NCBI GenBank assembly: GCA_951406725.2
Contig: OX597814.1
Location: 110,980,001 to 111,044,000 of the forward strand
Source of the DNA: Octopus vulgaris
Lineage: Eukaryota
Length of the DNA stretch: 64,000 bases
Direction: 5' to 3'
Position numbers and translations under genes: made by a program. Below, piece by piece: positions 53,669-64,000 of this stretch. Within the stretch, counting starts at the first letter, position 1; each line of letters opens with the position of its first letter. The notes under the pieces are model-generated. The model did no database searches, was not told the origin of the DNA, and worked only from the letters and a program-made list of their open reading frames with translations.

Positions 53669-55424
53669 TCTCCAAATTACTCTGCCATATCCTCATAAAA
53701 AGAACTAAAAGTAGTTTTCTGACCATTCAACTTACATTATAATTCTTATACTACTTTAAAGGTTAAGTTAGTGTTAATATATTTAATGCAAAGAGCATGT
53801 TTCCACAACTGGATATCCTTCATAATACCCAACACTTAGAATGGAGTTTTGTTCTTTGTGGTGCCAGCACTAGAGAAGCAGGACTAACTGGTTCTCTTGA
53901 TCCTATCTTGTCTAGTAAGGCTCCTTGAACCCTCGAAAACCAAATATTGTTCACTATATTGTTTCTGTTTGTTCAAGGCAACATGACCTACAGATTAACT
54001 AAATAGTGATGACAGAACTAAAGTGTGAGGGTTAAGAAGAGAGAGTACATTAGGAGAAAGTGATCAGTACAAGAAAGAGTTAGAGGAGAAAGTAATGGAA
54101 GAGAGACAGTGATGGTAGTTATATGTTAGCTAGTAAGAAAGAGATTGATAGTAATAGAGCTAAGCAATGGTAAGAAAAGTGATGGGTATCAATAATGAGT
54201 GACATGAGGTAGGAGGAATGATTGCTAGCAGTACAGAAGGGTAATGGAAGGGTGTATCAAATACAGTCCAGTCTGATGCAGTCCATCATTACACAGATGT
54301 TGAGATAGAATAAAGGGGAATTAGGTCCAATGCAGTCTTTCACTAGGAGAGTGTAATATAACAATATAATGTGTTAGAGACCCAAATGTAGACATATATC
54401 GTCCCTCTATCAGACTTTAACCCCCAACATCTGGCATGAAGCCACCTCTCCCTCTCTCAAATATCACCTCCATTAGGGTTAGGGTTTACTGAAGAGGCTT
54501 TTCTTTTTCTTGTTCTTTCTGTGTCTTGCAAGTTACTCGGTGACCTCATGTGCCAGTGACATGAAAATGGTTGGCATTAAGAGCATCCATCATTTAGAAA
54601 CCATGCCAAAGCTGATACTGGCACATGGCACAGCCCTGTCACCACCGTCCAACCCATACTAGCATGGAAAACAGACATTGGACAAGGAAGGTCATACAAC
54701 TGAGTCATATAAAGAGAAGAACCCAAAAATAAATCATATTAATATTTCTTGTAGAGATATTATTTCATAGGTGAGTCAAGTAACCTCTAATTATAAATAT
54801 ATTTCCATACCAAAAATATATAACATTCTTGTTAGTCACATATTTGAAATTACCTAAAGCTCATATCACTGCTATAATGACATTTTTATAACAGTCCAGC
54901 TGTATTTCATATGAAATCACTAAAGTCACATTAATTTAGCTTCATTGCCTGAAATGGAATTTGCTTCCATTGTTACTTCAATGTTCCACCCTTTTCACAT
55001 TACTAATGTTTCACACATTGACAGGTGACACAACTTACGAATAACAGTAAAATTGAAGTCCTTTATCTAAGTGGATTTAGTGCATTTTATTTAAATGATA
55101 CCACTTATTTTTAGTAACCTGTGTGAGTTAGTACATTTTCTTTTAATATTTAAGATGGACTGGCAGAATATGAGGAGTTACAGATAAAATATTTTGAAGT
55201 ATTTAAGTGTACCTATACGTTCTAAGTGCAGATGTGGCCAAAATTAACTTAGTCTCTCATCCTTCTGGGTTGATAAAAGAAATACCAGTAGAGTATAGGA
55301 TTGATCATTTCAGCCAAACCTTGTTCCAAAATTTGACACATTTTGCCTATGACAGGAGATAAATAACCACAAACAATATTTTTTATAGTGAAACTTTCAA
55401 AGTATTAAGATATTAAAACACTAA

Positions 55425-56341
55425 TCTATACATATAAAATAGAGTTTGCGTGTGTGTGTGTGTGCATGTTTCTTATGGATTTGAAAACTGAGTTGCCAAT
55501 TTTGATGTATGAGGTGTCAAAAAATTCAGTAATCTTTCAGTTACCAAATAAAGTATGTTTTTTACACAACAGCTCTTTTTTACTACAAAAATAACCTCAA
55601 AAACGAGGTCAGGTGGCACAATTTTGAGGCCTTTAGTTAAGGGAGGCAATTCTGCCTTTACGAAATCTGGACATCTTTCTTACTACTAACCATTTAACTT
55701 CAAATTACAATTGATAATTGTTGGAAGTCAAGTAGATTGAGATGTACATACACAGTGGAAATTCAATACAGAGTTTTGAACTCATTATCTTGTGGTTAGT
55801 AATCCATTACCTTAAATTTGAAGCTATTAAGTCTTTAAACATTATTTTACTGGGTTTAGTCTTTCGACTGCCACCATGATTGGGTTCACCTCCAAAACTT
55901 TAATTGATTAAACTGACCTCAGTACATATTTCAATCTGACATTTATTTTATAGATCTCTGCTTGATGAACTGCTAACTTTGAGACATAGTGGGACACAAT
56001 ACTTGATTTAACAACAAATGTAAACACACACACACACACAAGAATGACTGTGTGGTTGAGAATTTGCTTCCCAACCACATGGTTCCATGTTCAGTTCCTT
56101 TACATGGTGCCTTGGGCAAGTGTTTTCTACTATAGCCCTACACCAACCACAGACTTGTGACAGAATTTGGTAGATAGAAACTGCAGCATTGATCATCAGA
56201 AAATGACTGAAAAACATGTTTATAAAGAAGAGTTGTTTGCTTCATACTCCTCGTGTGCCAATTCTGCCCATAAGAAAGGAACAAATAATACGATGCGGCT
56301 GTAGGTCATAACGCCTGGGTAATGCTGGGGTGCATTGCTAG
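55425..56341 (+). mobile_element. Non-autonomous Helitron with nested SINE A fragments
   Basis: A|TCtatacatataaaa 5' end; 3' hairpin cctggg-taatg-ctgggg then CTAG|T; inserted between A and T with no TSD. Confidence 0.7.
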
Positions 56342-56940
56342 TCATAAATAAAGGTAGAACAGAATTGCATCCTTTTCTCTGCATTCATATTCTGCATCTG
56401 ATTATTTACTTCTCATACAGCCTCATTACCATAAGAAATAGTATGTACCTACACTAGAAACGATGGAATACTTTCCAACCTAGCTGGTCACCGCCTAAAG
56501 ACCAAGTTCCTTCAGGCCAGGGTCAAAGAATGATAATTTACAAATGACGATCCATTCTGAGGGTTTTCAGATGTTTACCAAGAATCTTTGCAAGTAAGTA
56601 CAAATTCACCTTTAGACTGAAGAAAAAAAAATCATAGGTCCAGCCACAGGTCAACAACTTCCCAGGGTATTCCTGTTGTTTATTAACCTCAGTTCCTTTT
56701 TTCTTTGCAATGTTAGGCAAATAAAAGACAGATACAAATAGTAGGCAACCAAATATAGGATTCATACCAATCCTTTGCTATAAGGATAGCTGTAAACCCA
56801 ATAAGAAGTTTCCACAGAGTATGTGGAGACATAGATCAGAGTTGGAAAAAACTCAATAAAGACAGTGATCAGTGAAGATGAGATTTGAGAAAAAGGGAGG
56901 AAGAATAAATAGCAAAAAATAGATATTCCACTACAAACAG

Positions 56941-58042
56941 AGTCTGTGTAACAAGAGAGACATTAGTCAACGAGAGCCTCTACATCAGCAGTTCTCAAAT
57001 GTGGCTTCCAGGACAGCATGTGGCCCTCAAGCATCCCTCCAGCAGCCCCAGACGGTTTTCCCTCCATAAATATAGTAAATTTTTCTTAAATAGACTTGTG
57101 TTTTACTTTTCTAGTGCAGTCCCCCCACCTCTAAAAAAATCCAGGTTTGGGATCTGGACCACATATTAAAAAGGCTGGGAACCAGTGCTCACTGTAGTCT
57201 CTCTCTCTCTCTCTGTTTGAAACAGCAGCTAAATTCCTTAAATCATAATTCTTTGTTTAAAAAAAAAAAGCATATGGGACAGCAGAAATTCCTTTCATAA
57301 TAAAGACAGCTCCATCAGGTTTAACCCGGGGCTAAACAACAACTATCACTCAAGAAATATTTGCACAAGAACAGTAGGCGCTGTTTAACAATGAAGACCT
57401 CGATGTATGCCAACACAACAATGTGTTCAGTAACTTAACAGTATAAAAAACTTATATATTATTCTATGCAAACAGTGCAAAATATATAACACAGATAAAT
57501 ATAAAAAGAAATCATGAAAAGCAAAGGAAAATAACAATAACAGTAACCAAGTAAGAATGTTAAAAATTCCTGTTTACAGTATATACTAGATAATGGAGAG
57601 TGAGATCAGCAATATTTTGCATATTTTGTGAATTCTTGTAATATGACTTTACAACTTTCATTATGAAAATGACTACTTAGATGTGTAAGCCAATGGAGGA
57701 GTCATTACTTTATTGTTCAACCTACACCTACATCCAGTAGTCTTTGGAAAGAAAAAACTACATTGAATAAAGCAATCATGTTTACTTCTAAAAAGTCTGT
57801 GTAACAAGAGAGACATTAGTCAACGAGAGCCTCTACATCAGCAGTTCTCAAATGTGGCTTCCAGGACAGCATGTGGCCCTCAAGCATCCCTCCAGCAGCC
57901 CCAGACGGTTTTCCCTCCATAAATATAGTAAATTTTTCTTAAATAGACTTGTGTTTTACTTTTCTAGTGCAGTCCCCCCACCCCTAAAAAAATCCAGGTT
58001 TGGGATCTGGACCAGATATTAAAAAGGCTGGAAACCAGTGCT
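56941..58042 (+). repeat. Non-tandem direct duplication of about 249 bp (56941-57189 and 57794-58042) containing a hAT MITE
   Basis: Three visible mismatches between copies; MITE ends cagcagttctcaa / ctgggaaccagtg. Confidence 0.9.
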
Positions 58043-58799
58043 GAAATGATACTGATTCTAGTTCTACTCAATCTGGAGATAAAGTAATTTTACAGACAGA
58101 TGTTGAATGAACGAATGAATGAACACACACACACACACACATGATATTACTTGCTGGATCTGGAAGGAAAAAAACAGTGCCATGACATTTGCAGGCCCTC
58201 TGAGACCAGTGAGTTTGATGCTAATATTCTGTCTAAACTGTTGCTAATAAATACCTAATGGAAACACATGATTAGGGAAGAGATTCCAAATGGATGATTT
58301 TCTAAGAAAGAAGGACTAAACATAGTAATGATAGAAGAGTCAGTAAGAGAAGACAGCATACTTGGCTAGAGACCAGAACATTTCAGTGAGTGATCCAGGT
58401 AAGGGCCAATTAAAAGATTGGCTCTTCTCCGGATGCAGTCCAGGATGTTTGTTTGAATAGCAGCAGCACTGTTCCAGATGTGGGAACATTACTTCTCTGT
58501 GGGCCTTACTTATGCTTTGTAGAATATCAACAATTGTTGGAGGCCAGTCTTTAAGATGTTGTCCCAGCTACGTTAAGCTGTGCTTTCACCAAGAGTCATA
58601 TCATCTGGATAAGAGTGGACATTGTTGGACATAATGGTAAAGAGGTCATAGATTTACAAGAAGAGAGTAGAGGACAAAATCAAACCTAGGGCAAACCAAA
58701 CTGAGAGTGGAATGAAAGAACTCTGTCAAAAGATACCATAATAGTGTCATCAGATAGGAAGCTACTGATCCCCCAAAAATGAGAAATTGGTGGAACTCA

Positions 58800-60010
58800 T
58801 ACAAGGTAGTATCAAAAAGTTCCCGGACTAGCTCTGTAGCATGGTAACAGATGGCAGCACATAGCTGGCTGCATGTGCAGTGAGAGCTAGCAGTGACCTT
58901 CATGAGGCAGTGTGCAGAGTGACATTGCTATGTTCACTTTGCAAGTTGTGAAATTTGTGTTTTTGTGATCATGTGTATGCTGTAGTCTGTGACTTTGTCA
59001 TGGACAGGAAGTTGGAAGAAAGAGCCAATATGAAATTTTGCATGAAACTTGGGAAGCCTGCTACAGAGACATTGAGCATGCTTTGGAAAACTTATGGCGA
59101 TAAGGCAATGGATCATATGCAATGTTTCAAGTGGCATGGGTGCTTCAAAACATAAGAACATCCCTAGAAGATGAGCAATCTGGAATACCTGCCACAAGTG
59201 TCACCCCTGGAAATGTGGAAAAAATTCATTGTGCATGAGGATCATCAAATGACAATCAACAACATTGCTGATGTTGTTGGTCTGTCATAGGAGTCTGTGC
59301 AAGCAAACCTAACATCTGAATTGAACATGTGGTGTGTGTGTGTGTGCCAAATTTGTCCTCCACCTGCTGACCACTGAGTAGAAAGAACATCACGTCAAAG
59401 TGTGTCAAGATCTCCATTAGCATGCAGCTGCTGACCTGTCCTTCATATTGAGGATCATTACTGGTGGCGAGAGTTGATTCTACAGGCAGGACCCTGAGAT
59501 AAAGCAAGCAGTTGTCAAAATGGAAGAGCCCTTCATGACCAAAGAAGGCACAGCAGAGCCACAGCTTAATCAAGAGTATGTTCGTTGTTTTCTTCAACAA
59601 CCACAGTATTGTGCATTGAGAATTCATCCCCCAGGACCAGACTGTCAATCCAGAGTTCTACTGTGAGATTTGGAAGTGTTTAAGGAAGGATATTTGGTGA
59701 AAGTGACTGGATCTGTGGAGCACAAAAAATTGGATTCTTCATGAAGACAATGCACTCTATTCCCAAGCTCTCTTCACATGAGAGTTTCTTACCAAAAACA
59801 ACATGGTATTGCTTCCAGTTTTAGCACCTGCAGACTTCCATCTCTTCCTCAAAATGGAAATGCAGCTCAAAGATCACCATTTTAACACCATTGTCAAGAT
59901 CAAGAGTGAATTTCTGAAGGTCCTCAACTCACACGCATAAAACAACTTCCAAGCCAGATTACAAAAGTGGCATGAACACTGGGACAAGTGTATTGCTGTG
60001 CAAAGTGATT
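58800..60010 (+). mobile_element. Degraded mariner transposon lacking its right TIR
   Basis: 5' tacaaggtagtatcaaaaagttcccggact; MDRKLEERANMKFCMKLGKPATETLSML, AKFV, IITGGES, WILHEDNA, LAPADFHLF. Confidence 0.9.
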
Positions 60011-60376
60011 CTCTAAAGCAAAAGCTTACTGGAGAGTGATATATGAGAATGGGTCTAAGTGGATTTGGCTGAACAGAAGCCATACTAGCAGTCATTGAGG
60101 AGAAAGAGATTAACAGTGTTGGAGAATATTGTTAATAGCTAAGATGTTAAAAGTGAGAGCAATACAATGATAGTTGGCAGAGTCAGTGAGGTGGCCTTTC
60201 TTGGGAATAGGTCACACAGAGGCATACTCCCAAATGTCAGGTTATAGCTCTATAAAAAGTGAGAAATTATACAATTTAGTGAGTAGAGGGGCAAAGTCTA
60301 GGGCTCAATGTTTGTGCTTAATGGAAAGGACATTATCAAGGCTAATGATCTTGTTAATTTCAACCTGGCTCCTTCG

Positions 60377-60558
60377 CATGCATGCATGCATGCATGCATA
60401 CATACATACATACATACATGTATGCATACATACATACATGCATGCATACATACATGCATGCATACATACATACATACATACATGCATGCATGCATGCATG
60501 CATGCATGCATATATACATACATACATACATACATACATACACACACATACATACATA

Positions 60559-60605
<47 letters not shown>

Positions 60606-60612
60606 GCACACA
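60377..60612. repeat. Compound (CATG)n/(CATA)n/(CA)n microsatellite
   Basis: Directly visible; it generates the spurious ORFs at 60174-60711. Confidence 0.95.
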
Positions 60613-61142
60613 CTTAGCATGTGCGTACATGAGGTGGGGAACCTGGTGGGGCTGAAAGAACAGATTTTGAGCCATTATTGTTTGTTGAGAAGCAGAGGAA
60701 AACCTCTCTGAAGTTAGTGGAAATTCTTTTGCTGGAGATCAAAAGGCTCAACTGAAGTTTGGGAGGTGGGAAAGTTTGAGAGCCATGCAATATATGAAGA
60801 TACCCTTTGCAGACTGGATAGCAGTCTTACATGAGTTGCACTTCAGGGTGGAATGCCACCCAGTTTGAGGAAACTGGTAACTTTCTCTAGGCACTGTGAA
60901 TGTTGTGTTTTGACTGCATAGCTCCAGTACAGTTATGAGGGAACTACTTGGGACACATGGGATACTGAGTTTTTGTTGTATGTAGCATGTGGAAGGGACA
61001 TAGCTAAAAGAATGTATTCAGTCATCTGTCTGTTTCTGATGGGTTAAGAGAGAAGCAGACATACTGCCAGGAGTAATTGCAATAAAACTGATAGAGTTCT
61101 GATCAGTTGGTTGACCTGTGGTGTAATGAGGTCTGTGTAAAC

Positions 61143-61945
61143 CAGGGGTTCTCAACCATTTTTTATTTATGGACCTCTTTTGATTATTATTTTATTCTGG
61201 TGGACCCCCACAATTATTCGATGTTTAAAATCTAGTTTAATAGAAATTTCTTTCACATTCCTATTTTGTTATTTACACATTAACTTGTGTAGGTTGAACT
61301 ATGTAGAATGTTAGAAAAAGAAACCCAGCTGTTTCTTGCAATATATTTTCCAATACATCATCATCATCATCATCATCATTGTTTAACGTCCGCTTTCCAT
61401 GCTAGCTTGGGTTGGACGATTTGACTGAGGACTGGCGAACCAGATGGCTGCACCAAGCTCCAATCTGATCTGACAGAGTTTCTACAGCTGGATGCCCTTC
61501 CTAACACCAACCACTCCGAGAGTGTAGTGGGTGCTTTTAAAGTGCCACCGGCACGAGGGCCAGTCTGGTGGTACTGGCAACGGCCACGTTCGAAAATGGT
61601 GTTTTTTACGTGCCACCTGCACAGGAGCCAGTCCAGCAGCACTGGCAATGACCTCGCTCGAATATTTTGCTCACGTGCCACCAGCACAAGTGCTAGTGAG
61701 GTGATACTGACAACGATCACGCTCAAATGGTGCTCTTTACGTGCCAGACAGCTGCTCTGGCAGTGATCCCACTTGGATGAAGCTGTTAGCGCTCCACTGG
61801 CATGGGTGCCAGTTGTCGAATTTGGTTACATCTAAGGTAAAATTTTTTTCAGGGGACCTTAAATTACTATTGTGGACCCCCAGTTTACTATTTTGCTTGT
61901 GGGGACCCTCAAAAATTTTATATGGACCCTGGTTGAGAACCACTG
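61143..61945. mobile_element. hAT (Charlie-like) MITE with a nested RTE 3' end (61357-61830, minus)
   Basis: TIRs caggggttctcaacc / ggttgagaaccactg; 8-bp TSD gtgtaaac / gtgtagac. Confidence 0.88.
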
Positions 61946-62544
61946 GTGTAGACTGTGATCGTGTGTTGGACAGTTGCAATGATACAGTGCTCAGATTACC
62001 AAATATATACAGAGGCAAGTTGTGATTCCATAAGGGTGAGGCTCTGATGTGAAAAAGAGATTAAAGGTGTTTGGGTGTCTGTGTGTCAGTCAAGAATGTG
62101 AGCAGATGATGAAACAAAATGGTGTAAAGATTTGAGAATGGACAAGGATTTGGCTTCTGCCCTGGCAGCATTGGCATGCAATGAGTGCAAGAGCCAAGAG
62201 GGATTATGAATGTTGCATCAGCATAATAACCCTTCTTGTTTCTGTCAGTCAGTTTAATAGCCTTTCTAATTTTACAATAATCTATCTCTCTAATTTAGGA
62301 ACAATTTGAGGTTTATAAATGTTTACTTTATGTAAACTTTGGATCAACAGTGATAGAGATTCTGTTTAGGATTAAACATAAAGAGTCAAGTTAATTATAC
62401 TTTCTATCTATCAGAATATATTTAATTAAAATATCCAATTTAAAATATATCTCTTCATTGCCTTTTTTTATGATCTAAAAATAATAAAATTGAAGTTTTT
62501 GAAAAAAAGACAGCAAAATAATCTGTACAACGATAACAAATAGC

Positions 62545-62790
62545 AGAAAGAAACCTCTGTGTGCGCATGTGCATGCTTGTTTTGAGATCATGTAATGATT
62601 GTAAACCAGCACTATTGTGCTAGAAGCAATGTCATTCATTTCCAGTCTTCTGAGAAAAACATGTCTGGCCAAGGGGAAATATCACTACTTGTAAACAGGT
62701 GAGGGTTACACCTCAATAGATTCCATCTGACTCATGCAAGCATGGAAAAGTGGCTGTTAAAATGATGATGATGATGATAATGATGATGCA
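62545..62790 (+). mobile_element. Old short retroelement with an RTE-like (GAT)n tail, related to 1825-2020, 24870-25080 and 32770-33000
   Basis: Shared aaacatgtctggcc..ggggaaatat and gcatggaaaagtgg.tgttaaa(atg)n. Confidence 0.6.
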
Positions 62791-63726
62791 GTGTTTGGAC
62801 ACAAAGACAGCTAAATCCAAGTTGTTGAGCGATAAGGGATTAAAGTAGTTATTTATTTTATAAGAAAGTAATAGGAAGTGTAACCAACAGGAAATATAGA
62901 AGTATCTCAAATAGAATGACAGTAAATCAATTCTTGAAGAGCTTATAATTACAACCATGCAACTGGCAATGTTGAGTAGCCTAGGCCTAAAAACTATATA
63001 TGGATTGCTGTTATGCTTCATATCAAATAGTAGATTATATGAGCTAGATGACCTATTCTGTGTTGGGGGTCAAGTTATTGTTACTCTAATAATAGGAATT
63101 CGAAGTAGTTGAAAAAAGGTTGCAGATTGATGACAACCATTTCATAAAGATATATTAGATTTTCCTATAAAATGTAACATGATATTAAGACATGATATTG
63201 AATATGAATGAACCCCCTCCTCCACCAGAAAAAAAAAGGAAAAATAATAGTTATTAGAGACAATGATTACTGATTAAAATAGACGACATGAGATCAACAA
63301 ATTGCAGACAATGATAGATAACTTGGCTAGATGAAAGAAAACAATTTGTTTCAGTTAGATATATTACAGATCTAATGATTACCATTCAAATTAACACCAG
63401 TTTTATAAACTGTATTATTTCAATAGTATTAAAATTGAGAATAAAACCAATAATACTGATGAAAGGTAATTTTATATTCTTTAAAAATATTTTAAAGTTT
63501 TTAAACATTATAAATTAGAATGTCTAAAACTAATGATATTAATTGACCTGTTTTATGTGTAGAGTTATAAATTATAACTGCAACATTACAATAATTATTG
63601 CACAGACAAATTCAAATTTTCAGTATACATGCTTAAAAATGTCATTATTATTATTAACAACAAAACTATCATTTAAAAGTTCTACAACAATCAACAAAAT
63701 ATTTTCAAAATATGATATCTCCTTAC

Positions 63727-63987
63727 CAATGCCAAATGGGGATTGAGAAATCTGGCTTTTTGAGCATCAGCCAAGCTTTCAGCATGTTTATGTAGATTAG
63801 CAAATGATGCAGATCTATATACAAAAAGAAAGGGATTTTGAGAATCCATGGCAATTGCTTCAGTATAAAGTCCAACTGCATGATTAAAATTTCCCTTAGA
63901 TATAGCCTCATTGCTTTCTTGAAGTAAAAGTTCCACTTCACTGTTGTTGCTGGTAGAAGAAATACAATGAGGATCAGGACTCTCCAC
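63727..63987 (-). CDS. TTC28: Internal exon of a tetratricopeptide-repeat protein, TTC28-like N-terminal TPR region
   Basis: Minus-strand acceptor ttttataag|GTGGAG and donor TTG|gtaagg bound 261 nt (87 codons, phase 0-0). Peptide LLQESNEAISKGNFNHAVGLYTEAIAMDSQNPFLFVYRSASFANLHKHAESLADAQKARFLNP resembles from memory the TTC28 first TPRs (QSNQAC..GDF..A..LY.EA.A.DPQN..L..NRSA......AL.DA.KAR.LNP). The ORF-track start is a GTG after the acceptor, not a true start. Confidence 0.75.
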
Positions 63988-64000
63988 CTTATAAAATAAA

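Larger units (their letters stand above)
58200..62230 (-). mobile_element. Old fragmented CR1/Jockey-group LINE hosting nested insertions
   Basis: Minus strand at 58400-58550 reads QQLLIFYKA.VRP...CSHIWNSAAA...ILDCI.RRA. Continuation through 60010-62230 is inferred from its degraded coding-like composition. Confidence 0.55.

Noticed and set aside
60174-60711. Several overlapping ORFs over 100 aa
   Set aside because: Translations of (CATG)/(CATA)/(CA) microsatellites.

Overview
AT-rich eukaryotic (animal) genomic DNA dominated by transposable-element debris and microsatellites. The SINE, RTE-LINE and microsatellite landscape resembles an octopus genome (inference from family resemblance, not a database result). 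The only well-supported host coding sequence is one minus-strand internal exon at the right edge (63727-63987) encoding TPR repeats similar to the TTC28 N-terminus. I could not recognise the next exon, so most of the window is probably one very large intron. It holds three tRNA-derived SINE types, a 5'-truncated RTE LINE with a PHD finger inside its RT plus many RTE 3' ends, CR1-like LINE relics, three mariner relics, hAT and piggyBac MITEs, and Helitron/Helentron non-autonomous elements. Less routine signals: a tRNA-headed, TSD-flanked element ending in a hammerhead-ribozyme-like core; several other minimal hammerhead remnants; long hairpins, one with strand-biased G-U mismatches; two near-identical local non-tandem duplications; and a CpG-retaining patch beside a candidate signal-peptide first exon. 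Most ORFs in the supplied track are repeat or microsatellite artefacts. Repeat boundaries were read by eye and are approximate.
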